Origin: a virus
Lineage: Duplodnaviria > Caudoviricetes
Length of the DNA stretch: 64,000 nt
Reading direction: 5' to 3' (one strand)
Virus record (IMG/VR): IMGVR_UViG_3300014167_000003
Span: 9,998 to 73,997 of that record
Part shown: one piece after another, positions 23,970 to 33,900 of the stretch
Layout: each line of letters starts with the position of its first letter
How positions within the stretch are numbered: position 1 is the stretch's first letter
Position numbers and translations under genes: made by a program
Notes under the pieces: model-generated
What the model saw: only the letters and a program-made list of their open reading frames with translations
Told to the model about the DNA's origin: nothing
Database searches by the model: none

Positions 23970-24082
23970 GGTGGGGCTCGGTGATGCGGGTGTTTTCGAG
24001 GCGCAATTTCTCGCGCCGCGAGGTGAGGCGTTTCAAGCAAAATATTTGCTGTTAGATCCGTTAGATCGAGGCGTTCGGCGCA

Positions 24083-24102
24083 CTAACGGCGCGCCGTGTT
24101 AG
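24083..24102. promoter_or_regulatory. CTAAC-N10-GTTAG dyad with palindromic core in the main divergent control region
   Basis: Core ACGGCGCGCCGT 24086-24097; more TAAC/GTTA half-sites to 24266; perfect TTGACA at 24301. Confidence 0.55.
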
Positions 24103-24432
24103 CCCGTTCGCGGTGTTAACTCGCGATACAGAACGCAGGGAGCCTACGGCTCCTGCTATTCTGGTATTTTGTTATTACTGAGCCGCGCGTAGCACGAGCC
24201 ATGCCAACTCTCCCCGTGTTAGCTAATTTTTTTCTTGCTAACGGAGGCTACGCCGAAATTTCTAACGCGTGTCATCGCGGTGTCACCTTGGGAACACCAA
24301 TTGACAATTTATTTTTTCAGCATTGAGTCGCCTGCGGAAATTGCCTCAAAGGATCGATCACCGATCTTCTAGTACCTTGACGAAGGTTTGAAACCTTTCG
24401 CAGTCATTGCGTCCTCAACCACGGAGGACACC

Positions 24433-24807
24433 ATGGCCAAGGACGCAAACACCAACGAGCCGAGCGACGAGGACGTCAACGCCGCCGTCGACAACATCGA
24501 GAAAAACCTCGACGACCTTCTCAAGGAAAAGATGGCCTACATGTCGCGGGCCAAGCGCATCCGCGACCAGATCGGCGTCGAATACGACCACGCCGTGAAC
24601 CACGGCATCAGCAAGAAGCTCCTCAAGTCCATCATCAAGGAACGCGAACTGCACCGGAAGATCACGGCGCTGTCCGCCGACCTGGAGTTCGACGAGGCGG
24701 CCGAGCGCAAGATGCTGCTCGCGAAGCTCGGCGACTTCGCGGACACGCCGCTCGGCCAGGCGGCGCTGAACAGCGGCGAGCACACGCTCCGTAGCGTGGG
24801 TGCGTGA
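24433..24807 (+). CDS. GapR/DUF2312-like DNA-binding protein
   Basis: GGAGG RBS; helical IRDQI..EY..A...G.SKK.L..II.ER and DTPLG.AA tail. Confidence 0.65.
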   Translation: MAKDANTNEPSDEDVNAAVDNIEKNLDDLLKEKMAYMSRAKRIRDQIGVEYDHAVNHGISKKLLKSIIKERELHRKITALSADLEFDEAAERKMLLAKLGDFADTPLGQAALNSGEHTLRSVGA

Positions 24808-25940
24808 TGAACGGTGAAGCAGACCAAGCATACGGTAGCCTTGTCGAAGGCGTCTTCATCGCCGGCTTCACGCTGGAGCGCGCGTTTCAAAAGCTGGAAT
24901 GGCTGCTCACCGACGCCCGCTGGAAGACGGTCGGCGGCGGGTACGAGGACGTCAACCAGTTCCTCGACACCATCAAGCTCGACCAGTTCAAGATCATCGC
25001 CGAGCAGCGCAAGAAGATCGCGGCGGTGATCAAGAAGCTGGAACCGAAGGCGTCGAACGTCCAGATCGCCAAGGTGGTCGGTGTCAGCGACGAGACGATC
25101 CGTCGCGACACCACAAATGTGGAGGCCGGGAAGAAAGACACCAAGCAAACCAAGGCAACGCCCAAGGCTGAGACCACAAATGTGGCACTTGCTCTCACGG
25201 GCGCCGCCGCAGCGGCGACCGTCATCAGCAAGGCGGCCAAGGACGAGCGCAAGGCGGCGAAGGAGCAGGCGCGCGAGGCCGCCATCGCCGAGAACCTCAA
25301 GGTGCTGCCGGCGGTCAGCGACCGTTTCCGGCTGCTGTGCTCCGATCTCGCCACCGCCGACATCGCGCCCGGCTCCATCGACTGCATCGTCACGGACCCG
25401 CCGTACCCGGAGGAGTTTCTGCCGGTGTTCGCCACGCTCGCGTGGAAGGCGGCGATGTGGCTCAAGCCGGGCGGCTCCATGCTGGTGATGAGCGGGCACA
25501 TGTACCTGCCGCAGGTGCTTGCTCACCTGACCCACGCGCCTGGTCTCAACTATCACTGGACGTTGGCCTACCTGACGCCCGGCGGGCAGGCGGCGCAGAT
25601 GTTCCCGCGCAAGGTGAACACGTTCTGGAAGCCGGTGTTCTGGCTCGTGAAGGGTGAGTACAGCGGCGACTGGGTCGGCGACGTCACGCGGTCGGACGTC
25701 AACGACAACGACAAGCGCTTCCACCACTGGGGCCAGTCCGAGAGCGGCATGGCCGATCTCATCGGCCGCATCTCGATGCCGGGCCAGACCATCCTCGATC
25801 CGTTCTGCGGCGGCGGCACCACGGGCGTGGTCGCTGTCCAGATGGACCGGAAATTTATCGGCATCGACGTCAGCGAGCAGGCCATCGCAACAACCGCGTC
25901 CAGGCTCCACGAGGTGGCAAATGCAGCAATGGTGGCCTGA
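24807..25940 (+). CDS. N6-A/N4-C DNA methyltransferase (beta order) with N-terminal HTH
   Basis: IVTDPPY precedes ILDPFCGGGTTG; SNVQIAKVVGVSDETIRRD HTH. Confidence 0.92.
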   Translation: MNGEADQAYGSLVEGVFIAGFTLERAFQKLEWLLTDARWKTVGGGYEDVNQFLDTIKLDQFKIIAEQRKKIAAVIKKLEPKASNVQIAKVVGVSDETIRRDTTNVEAGKKDTKQTKATPKAETTNVALALTGAAAAATVISKAAKDERKAAKEQAREAAIAENLKVLPAVSDRFRLLCSDLATADIAPGSIDCIVTDPPYPEEFLPVFATLAWKAAMWLKPGGSMLVMSGHMYLPQVLAHLTHAPGLNYHWTLAYLTPGGQAAQMFPRKVNTFWKPVFWLVKGEYSGDWVGDVTRSDVNDNDKRFHHWGQSESGMADLIGRISMPGQTILDPFCGGGTTGVVAVQMDRKFIGIDVSEQAIATTASRLHEVANAAMVA

Positions 25941-26379
25941 TGGCGTTCGTCAGGAGCGGAGCGGATGGCGCGACGAGGCAATAAGCGCGCGGCACCGGCA
26001 CTGGGGCTTTAATTGCCCGGCGGTCGACATCGATTTCCTGGTCGTCGAATACAACCTCGGTGTCCCGGTGGCACTAATTGAGTTCAAGCACCATTTGGCT
26101 GATCCGCCGGACATCAAACACGCATCGTACCGCGCCTACCTCGACCTTGCCGACAACAGGGCGACGCCGCTGCCTTTCCTGATTGTGAGGTATTGGCCTG
26201 ACATCTGGGCTTTCGAAGTCACGCCGATAAACGAAATGGCAAAGCAGCATTTCACGCCCGGCGAGCGCCTCTGCGAACGCGAGTTTGTGATCCGGCTGTA
26301 CAGGCTGCGCAGGCTGGCGGTCACGCAGCACCTCGAAGGAGCGTTGCACACCGAACTGCCTCCCGAGTGGGAGCGTTGA
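25921..26379 (+). CDS. PD-(D/E)XK-like nuclease-fold protein
   Basis: VDIDFLVVE...ALIEFK. Confidence 0.6.
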   Translation: MQQWWPDGVRQERSGWRDEAISARHRHWGFNCPAVDIDFLVVEYNLGVPVALIEFKHHLADPPDIKHASYRAYLDLADNRATPLPFLIVRYWPDIWAFEVTPINEMAKQHFTPGERLCEREFVIRLYRLRRLAVTQHLEGALHTELPPEWER

Positions 26380-26380
26380 C

Positions 26381-26899
26381 ATGGTTGTTCTCGCTCTCGA
26401 CCTCGCGTCGACCACCGGCTTCGCGGTCGGGGCGCCGGGCACGGTGCCGGTCTCCGGCTCGGTCAGGTTTGCCTCCCAGGGCTCGTCCCATGAGGCTGTG
26501 TTCGCCGCCGCGTTGAAGTGGATGTCGGACACCATGGCCAAGTACGACCCATCCACGGTCGTCTGGGAGGCGCCGCTGCCCACCACGTTCAAGCGCGGCC
26601 TCACCAACGTCGGCACCACCACGCTCCTGTACGGCCTGCCGGCGGTCATTGGCGCCTGCTCGTACCTGAAAGGCGTCTACGACATCCGCAAGGCGTCGCC
26701 GCGCGACGTGCGGCTGCACTTCATCGGCTGCTGCCCGCCGCGCAAGAGCGCCAAAACCATGACCATGAAACGCTGCCGCGACCTCGGCTGGCCGGTCGGC
26801 GACGACAACGAAGCAGATGCCCTCGCACTATGGAGCTTCATGTGCACAATTATCGACCCTTCGCAGGCGAAACTGCTGTTGCACCGGGCCCGTCGGTAA
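26381..26899 (+). CDS. RuvC-like Holliday junction resolvase
   Basis: VLALDLA..TG, VVWEAP, DDNEADALA acidic residues. Confidence 0.85.
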   Translation: MVVLALDLASTTGFAVGAPGTVPVSGSVRFASQGSSHEAVFAAALKWMSDTMAKYDPSTVVWEAPLPTTFKRGLTNVGTTTLLYGLPAVIGACSYLKGVYDIRKASPRDVRLHFIGCCPPRKSAKTMTMKRCRDLGWPVGDDNEADALALWSFMCTIIDPSQAKLLLHRARR

Positions 26900-27087
26900 A
26901 GGGCGAGCTGCGCGTCAGCGCCAAGCTCGACCCGCGTGTCGCCGAAGTATTCCGGCGGGCGGCGGATGAGCGTGATGTTGCCGTGCAGACGCTGCTGCGG
27001 CGGCTGCTTCTGGTCGTCGCCGGCACGGCGTCGAAGAACTACCGGGACAACCTGATCACCGCGATCCTCGATGACCAGGGCAAGTGA
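26830..27087 (+). CDS. Ribbon-helix-helix-like protein (start uncertain)
   Basis: LRVSAKL...FRRAADER...VQTLLRRLL. Confidence 0.5.
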   Translation: MELHVHNYRPFAGETAVAPGPSVKGELRVSAKLDPRVAEVFRRAADERDVAVQTLLRRLLLVVAGTASKNYRDNLITAILDDQGK

Positions 27088-27090
27088 TCG

Positions 27091-28608
27091 ATGGACGCGG
27101 CGCCGGACGTCGGGGATCTGTACGACAACGGCAACACGCCGCTGACCGACCTGGCGGCCGAGGCGCAGCTGCTCGGCCTGATGCTGCAGACGCCGCAGCG
27201 AATGACTGAGGTCATCGACATCCTCACCGAACGCGACTTCTTCGACCCGCTGCACCGCCAGTTCTATCTCGGCCTCCACCGCGCCTACCACGACGGCTGC
27301 GAGATGGTCGACGTCATCAAGATCGACCCGCAGTACGCGTCAAACCTGATGGCACACGCGGAAACGTCGCTCGATCCGGCCGAACTGGCCGACCGCATCC
27401 AGCAGATCGGCGAGCGCCGCGCAATTGGTGGCTCCGACGACGACCGGTTCGGCTCCGAGATCGCCTTCAAGAGCAAGTTCGGCGGCCGGCGCTGGGAGGA
27501 GATCGGCGACGCCACGACGCCCGGGTATCGCTGGGTGGTCGAGGACGTCATCCCGATGGGCGAGGCCACGCTGATGTTCGGCGATAGCGGCTCCGGCAAG
27601 AGCTTCGTCTCCTTCGACATCGCCATGCACATCGTCCGTGGCCTGCCCTACTACGGCCACAACGTCGAGCCGGGCCTCGTGGTCTACGTCGCCGCCGAGG
27701 GCGCCCTCGGGTTCGCCAAGCGCAAGAAGGCCTACGCGCTGCAGCACCAGCTCGCCGACGACGCCGCCTTCCCGTTCTACCTGATCACCCGCCGGCCCGA
27801 CTTCTTCGCCAACGACACCGACACCGCCGCCCTGATCGAGGAGATCCACGCGGTCGCCGCCATGTACAAGGTGCCGCTGATCATGATCGTGCTCGACACC
27901 CTGTCCGCCCTGGCGCCGGGCATGAACGAGAACGCCAGCCAGGACATCTCGGCGGTGCGGCGCCGCATCGTCCGCATCCAGGAAGAGTTCTTCGTCTCCA
28001 TCCTCCTCGTCCACCACAAGCCGAAGAACGGGAGCACACCGCGCGGGCACGGGAGCCTCACCGCAGACTTCGAGACCACCATCGAGCTGGAGGTCCTCAC
28101 CGACAAGAAGACCATCGAGGGCAAGGAGGTCTATCGCGCCACCGCCAGGAAGCAGCGCGACGGCAAGCGCGGCATCCACTGGGAGTTCGTGCTGCCGATC
28201 TTTGAGGTCGGGTGCAATAAGTGGGGAAACGCAGAAACGAGCTGCGTGGCGGTGCCGTACAAGTCCGCCGTCACCGACCTCTCCGGCTTCCACGCCAACG
28301 CCAATGAGCTGCTCTTCCTCCAGGCGCTCTATCGCGCCCTGGACGAGCACGGACAGCCGCCGCCGCACGGCCTGCCGCGCAGCATCACCCGCGCCGTGGA
28401 AATTAAGCATGTGCGCGTCGCGATGCGCGAGCGCGTGATCGACAAGGACGTCGACCCGGCCGTCGCCGACAACCGCTTTCGTGGCGCGTTCAAGCGGGCC
28501 GGCGACAAGCTGCGCGACGGCGCCGTGATCGGCGTGCAGAGCGGCCTCATCTGGCCCACCGGCAAGCCGGTGCGCGGGTTCAATGCAACGGTGCAGGTGG
28601 AGACATGA
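27091..28608 (+). CDS. Replicative helicase: DnaB-like N-terminus plus RecA-type AAA_25 ATPase
   Basis: AE.QLLG.ML...DFFDP.HR; Walker A GDSGSGKS; Walker B IVLDT; HH.KPK...RGHGSL. Confidence 0.88.
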   Translation: MDAAPDVGDLYDNGNTPLTDLAAEAQLLGLMLQTPQRMTEVIDILTERDFFDPLHRQFYLGLHRAYHDGCEMVDVIKIDPQYASNLMAHAETSLDPAELADRIQQIGERRAIGGSDDDRFGSEIAFKSKFGGRRWEEIGDATTPGYRWVVEDVIPMGEATLMFGDSGSGKSFVSFDIAMHIVRGLPYYGHNVEPGLVVYVAAEGALGFAKRKKAYALQHQLADDAAFPFYLITRRPDFFANDTDTAALIEEIHAVAAMYKVPLIMIVLDTLSALAPGMNENASQDISAVRRRIVRIQEEFFVSILLVHHKPKNGSTPRGHGSLTADFETTIELEVLTDKKTIEGKEVYRATARKQRDGKRGIHWEFVLPIFEVGCNKWGNAETSCVAVPYKSAVTDLSGFHANANELLFLQALYRALDEHGQPPPHGLPRSITRAVEIKHVRVAMRERVIDKDVDPAVADNRFRGAFKRAGDKLRDGAVIGVQSGLIWPTGKPVRGFNATVQVET

Positions 28609-28910
28609 GCCTCAAACCGCAGAACATCATCCAGGCCGCCGAGGCGGATCTCGCGCGCAAGCGCCGCAATGCCGAGCGCGCGAAGAACCACGATCACGAG
28701 TATGAGCAATACGCGTTCCACCGCGCCCATGTCCGCCGCGCGCGCGACGCGCGCGAGCTGATCCGCCTGGCTCTCATGGACCCGTGGGTGGCGGACGACA
28801 GCGCCAAGGTCAATACGGTGCTCATTTACAGCGACGCGCGGCTCCTGGTGGCGGCGCTACTCTGTGCCGACCGGCGCGAAGAAGCAGCGCCGCTCGCCGC
28901 CCATCCTTGA
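28605..28910 (+). CDS. Hypothetical protein
   Basis: ATGA coupling to helicase. Confidence 0.55.
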   Translation: MSLKPQNIIQAAEADLARKRRNAERAKNHDHEYEQYAFHRAHVRRARDARELIRLALMDPWVADDSAKVNTVLIYSDARLLVAALLCADRREEAAPLAAHP

Positions 28911-29213
28911 CCCGTCGAGACCGCGCATCACGACACCATGGCAGCGCCAGTAGTGGCCATCCTCGCTCGGCGTTGCCTCGCTGTACGGCACCAGCTCGTC
29001 ATTGTAGGCGTGGAGGATGAGGCCCTTCGGCGTGGCCTCGACGAGCTTCGGGTCGAGGCGCTCGCAGTCCTGCGGCCCGCAGCAGTGCACGCCGGTCTGT
29101 GGTGAGACGTAGCCGCCATGCGTGATCCAGTTCGGCAGGCCGGTGTCCGGGTCGTGCGCTAGTGCGGCGGTGGCGCAGATAATGAGCATTAAAGAACAGG
29201 CGGCCCGGATCAT
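28857..29213 (-). CDS. Secreted Cys-rich protein of lysis region
   Basis: Signal peptide ALA-H; CCGPQDC, YWRCH, RCFFAP. Confidence 0.7.
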   Translation of the reverse strand: MIRAACSLMLIICATAALAHDPDTGLPNWITHGGYVSPQTGVHCCGPQDCERLDPKLVEATPKGLILHAYNDELVPYSEATPSEDGHYWRCHGVVMRGLDGSRMGGERRCFFAPVGTE

Positions 29214-29476
29214 CCCTTCGCCTCGATGCGCCGGTCCATCATGTTCATTCGGTCGCTGATCGCGTCGAGCCGGGCGGACTGCACCGCCACCTGCCGCATC
29301 AGTTCGCCGATCTTCTTGATCTCTTCCTGGACGTCGCGCATGTCGTGTGCGAGCTGCACGACGCTGTTGTTGAGCCGGAGCAGGACCAGGAGCCCGCCGC
29401 CGAGGATCGAGCTGATCTCGATCAGGTTGCCGAGCGTGATCGACGCCTCGAATGTAAACGCACCGACGTCGCTCAT
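29210..29476 (-). CDS. Single-TM coiled-coil protein (lysis accessory)
   Basis: ITLGNLIEISSILGGGLLVLL then heptads. Confidence 0.65.
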   Translation of the reverse strand: MSDVGAFTFEASITLGNLIEISSILGGGLLVLLRLNNSVVQLAHDMRDVQEEIKKIGELMRQVAVQSARLDAISDRMNMMDRRIEAKG

Positions 29477-29856
29477 CGCTTCAATATCCTCGCCACGTTC
29501 TCGAACGTGCGTTTGCCGAAGTAGAACGACATCACCAGCCCAGACCACATGCTGACATCGCCTTTGAGCGGCGGCGTGGTGCCGAGTCCAAGCATCGTGT
29601 CCCACACCACGCACTTGGCGAAGAACACCAGCACGATGTACATCGCCAATTTTTCTGGCTCCCATGGGTGACCAATTTCGGCGACTTTGAGCTGCGTTTG
29701 CGCAGCGATCTCAGCTTGCTGCGCCGCAATTTCTTTGCCCGCCAGGTCCGCCGCGATTTGCGCATCTTGGGTCGTCGCCTTCAGGTGAAGGTTGTACGCG
29801 CTGATCAGTCCCTGGATGACCGGGCCGCCCAGGAACCCGATGATCGTCATCCACAT
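29473..29856 (-). CDS. Holin-like membrane protein
   Basis: Hydrophobic segments; SFYFGKRT C-terminus; downstream of endolysin. Confidence 0.65.
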   Translation of the reverse strand: MWMTIIGFLGGPVIQGLISAYNLHLKATTQDAQIAADLAGKEIAAQQAEIAAQTQLKVAEIGHPWEPEKLAMYIVLVFFAKCVVWDTMLGLGTTPPLKGDVSMWSGLVMSFYFGKRTFENVARILKR

Positions 29857-29857
29857 G

Positions 29858-30199
29858 CTATTTGCCCAGCGTCCGCACGCGGGCCCAGACGTTGATCGCC
29901 ATCACGCCGACCATGACGTAGCCGACGATCTGCGGCGTCAGGTACTGCTGGATCTGCGCCGTGAGGCTTCCATCGCCGAACAGCTGGCTTGCCTTGTCCA
30001 GCACCGCGACCATGGCGCCCGCGATGATGACGAGCTTCGACCAGACGATGGTGGCGCTGTCCTTGCCGGCGGCGAGCGTGCGGTCGATGAAGGAGCCCTT
30101 CTCGGTCATCCAGGCGTGCACGAACGTCCAGGCGACCCAGGCGATCACGACGAGCGTGGCGATCAGGAGCGCGATGGAGAGAGCCTTGAAGATCATCAT
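29858..30199 (-). CDS. Three-TM membrane protein (holin/antiholin candidate)
   Basis: Three hydrophobic helices; ATGA-coupled to endolysin. Confidence 0.65.
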   Translation of the reverse strand: MMIFKALSIALLIATLVVIAWVAWTFVHAWMTEKGSFIDRTLAAGKDSATIVWSKLVIIAGAMVAVLDKASQLFGDGSLTAQIQQYLTPQIVGYVMVGVMAINVWARVRTLGK

Positions 30200-30894
30200 G
30201 TCGTGGTTCCTTTCCTGTGAATGAAGATCGCGGACAGAGCGGCAATGATCTGGGCCCACTCGCTCGCCTTGGCCGGCTGCGGCACAAGCGGCGGGATCGC
30301 GGGCTTCGGCGCCACGGGCGTAAGCGTGACGCCCGTGAAGGTGATGGTCGGGTCGATCTTCATCATCGCCATCAGGAGCCCGGCGCAGCCGAGCTGCTGG
30401 TCGATCACGGTCGCATCGAAGCGACCGTCGGCGATGAACTTGCCGGTCTTGTACTGATCGGTGCCGGACCACAAATACGGGCTCGGGAGGCCACGCGCGG
30501 CGTAGCCGAGGCCGTTGTACTCTTCGAGCAGCGTGAGCGCGCCGCCAATTGACCAGTCCCTATTGCGCGCGGCGTACGGTGAGCAATTGGTCAGCGCGTC
30601 GAGCGCCGCGTCCTGCCAGCTCTTGAACGGCCCGCGTCCCTTCGGCTCGTGCGTGGAGACCTGATCGTAGCGGTCGCCCTGCGCCAGGTTGGCGTCCCAG
30701 CGCTGGCTCGCCTCGCGCTCGTGGATCACGGCAATGATCGCCCACGGCACGCCGGTCAGCTTCTCGACGGCGAGGTACTGCGGCTTGGCGACATTGTCGG
30801 TGAGATATTTTGCGACGGTCGCGAAGTTGCGGGTCGGCTTGGCGACGGCCCACCGCTTTGCATTCGCGATCTTCAGGGCAGCCATATCGACCAT
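30196..30894 (-). CDS. Endolysin, lysozyme-like family
   Basis: GVPW..IAVIHERE, GRGPF.SW..AA.DAL, LEEYNGLGY, PSPYLWSGT, DG.FD...D.QLGCA. Confidence 0.88.
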   Translation of the reverse strand: MVDMAALKIANAKRWAVAKPTRNFATVAKYLTDNVAKPQYLAVEKLTGVPWAIIAVIHEREASQRWDANLAQGDRYDQVSTHEPKGRGPFKSWQDAALDALTNCSPYAARNRDWSIGGALTLLEEYNGLGYAARGLPSPYLWSGTDQYKTGKFIADGRFDATVIDQQLGCAGLLMAMMKIDPTITFTGVTLTPVAPKPAIPPLVPQPAKASEWAQIIAALSAIFIHRKGTTT

Positions 30895-30920
30895 GGCGAA
30901 GGCCTCACACCGTCAAGATG

Positions 30921-30934
30921 TGAGCACTACCTCA
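30921..30934. promoter_or_regulatory. Late-gene dyad upstream of endolysin
   Basis: TGAGC-ACTA-CCTCA. Confidence 0.7.
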
Positions 30935-30952
30935 AACCATGCGGGTTGTCAC

Positions 30953-33900
30953 CTACGCGTAGGGGTTAACAGCGCCGCCGTACGGCCCGACGTCGCCGCC
31001 GACACGGTACTTGCGCTTGATGTCGATGAGCTTGTCATTGAACATGACGTAGTTGTGGCTCTCGGGCCTGCTAAGCTCGCGGAGCAGCCCGTTGAGGCGC
31101 ATATAGTCGCCGCTGCCACTCTCCTCGGCCTTCACAAGCTGCCGCCTGACGGCAACGAGCGCCTTCTGGCGGGTGCCATATTCATCGATCACAGGCTTCA
31201 CGTCAGCAGCCGGGCGCGACATCTGGTCATCGTAACGCAGGCCCGGGATGCCTTCACGGTCGAGCCCCATCGCAGAGCGCCGGTATCCCTCGCTCTGTGT
31301 GGTCGCCGGCAGGCCAAAACGCGTGTAGATCTGCTGGCCCGTCAGGCTGTCGACATCGGCTTGCTGTAGGCGGCGCTCGTAATTCTCACGCTCGGCATCG
31401 TTGAGCGGGCGCCCAAAACCAACAGGAGACGACGTCCCCCGGCTCAAAATGCGGCTGATCACTTCCCGCTGGTCCTTGACCGACTTCTCCATCAGCGGCG
31501 CGGCCTTGTTCTGGACGTAGCGCGACTGATCCTTGAACCGTGCGTCCCAGTCGAGCAGATGCTCGGGGTCGACGTTCAGGCCGACCTCGTACATCTTGCC
31601 GCTGGGGCCGCCGAGCTTCTGCTCCAGGCGCGGGATCGCCCTGGTAAGATGGTCGATCTGACGCTGCCGGTTCGCAGCGAACATCTCAAGGTCTTCGGGG
31701 CTGTACGTCGATGCGAGCGGCGGGTTTGCGCGCTGGTCCCTTGCCCGCTGCAGGAAATAGTCGCGCTTCTCGGTCTCCTTCTGCAGGTCCTCGAAGAACT
31801 TGTCATAGCTGCCCTTGCTGCGGGAAAGCAGGCGATCATAGTGTTGCTGCGCCAGCCACCGGTCGTTGTCGTCGCCCGAAGTCTTCATGTCCCGGAGCAT
31901 GGACGGCGTGACCCGCTCCCCATCGAGTGTCAGATGAGGCGAGACCGTCTTCTGCAGCGCGTCGCGGTAGCGTTGCGCGACGCCCTCCTTGTCAGCAAAG
32001 TAGAGCCCGTGGCCGTAGACCTGCTGGCCCTCGCCCGAGCCGATCTTCGAGATATCGAACCTGTCGAAGTCGTACGGCGAGCCGTGGTAGGCGGTGATGT
32101 CCCCCTGGCCGGTGTCGTCGCCGGCAGACGGCGGCAGGTCTTCCCGCTGCGTCGGCTCGGTGCCCGTGGCGCCGCCGCCGGCCTTCTTCGGCACCGAGCC
32201 GCCGTGCGACAGCAGCGGCTTCTTGCCCTTGATGAAGTCGTGCAGCACCTTCTCCGGGCGCTCGCCGCGCATCTTTGCGGTGAACAGAACGCGCTCGTTG
32301 AACATCTCCGGGAAGGTGTGCGTCGGTGGCGAGCCGAGGCCGGTCATCTTGCCGGCACCGCTCCAGGCAGCGGCCTGTGCGTCGGCCGGCGCCAGGCCGG
32401 CCTTCTTGGCAAGCGAGCGATAGAGCCCTTCGGCTGCGCCGTACTCGTTCTCGTTCGGCTGTGCCGCCCAGAACGCCGGGATCTCTTCCGCCTCCTTCAT
32501 CGAGAGCTTGCCACGCTCGACCAGGTGCTGCGGCCGATAGACCACCTTGTCGTCGCCGCTCGGTTCGCCGAAGCGCGCGGCGAGCGTGTCCTTGCCCTCA
32601 GCCCTCGGCCCGACCGTGCGCGTCTCCAGGAAGCGCGGGTCTTGCGTCCGCATGCCGATGTTGCGGAACGCGTGCGTGTCGACGGTGACCGGGACGAGGT
32701 TGCCCTGGAGGTTCTGCGAGAACGACGCGGGCTTCGGGTTCCTGAGCGCGTCCCAGCTGCCTTCGTCGCGCAGCGTCGCGTAGTTCTCACGGTGCTGCTT
32801 CTGGGCGAAGTGCCCGTATGGGTATGGCAGCTTCTCCGGCAGGTCGCGGTCGTTGAGCGCGTGCAGGTACTGATAGCTCGCGTTGCGGATGTTCTCCGGC
32901 ACCGCCGAGCGCGGCGACGTCGCGGCAACGTGGTCCATGTACTTCGCGAACGCACGGAGACCGTCTTCGAGCCCGAGCTTCTCGACGAAGGCGCGGCGGA
33001 TCGGCTCGGTGTGATACCACTTGTCCGCGCCCATCGCCTTGCCGGCCTCAATGCTCTTCATGATGCCGCGCCGGATCTTCGGGTCATCGAGCGCCGCCTG
33101 GAGCCGCTCCGAGACGCCACGCGGCGGCTCGTACCGCTCCATCGCCTCTTGCGGCACCTGCGGCACCCGGTTCTGCGTGCTCAGGTCGAGCGGGCCGGCG
33201 CCCTTCGGGCCGGCCTTGATCTCGTCGAGCGCCTCCTTCTGCGCCTTGGTGTAGTTCTTGCCATGGATCGGCAGGCCCTGCTCGTCGACCAGGAGCGCGC
33301 TGCCCTTGTGGATGGCCGGCGACGCCACGCGGTCCTCCATCGTCCACTCGGGAAGGAGGCCCATCTTCTGCTTGGCGTAGATCGTGTCCTCGGCATTGGC
33401 GGTGCGGTTGAACTCGCCATGCGGGCCGTAGTTGAGCCAGCTGTTCTGCCCGCGCGTCTCGGTCGTCATCGCGCGCCGCGCCTCGGGCGAGTACATGGCA
33501 GCGTGCGCGCGCCAGGCATTGTCTTCGCCAGGGCCACGGAAGCCGTAGCCGTTCTTCACATGGCCGAAGTAGTCGTGGACGATGCGGAACAGGTCATTGT
33601 TGAGCAGCTCGTGCTCGCCGATCTTCTCGCCGCTCGGCCGCAGCATCGGGTGGTCGGGGTCCGGCACCTCGCCGGGACCGAAGCCCTCGCTGGTCTTGAA
33701 GAACGCCATATGGTTGTTGTCGGCGACGTCCTTCACGACCTCGCGCGGGTTGGTCTTGTACGGATAGTCAGCGGCACCGGTCGGGGTGATCTTGAGCCCG
33801 CTCTCCTTGATCGCTTGGTACTGCGCCAAGGTCTCGCGGATCAGCGCGTCGTACGCCGCCTTCGTGTCCGGGTCATGCGGCGTGTGTGGCATGTCCTCGA

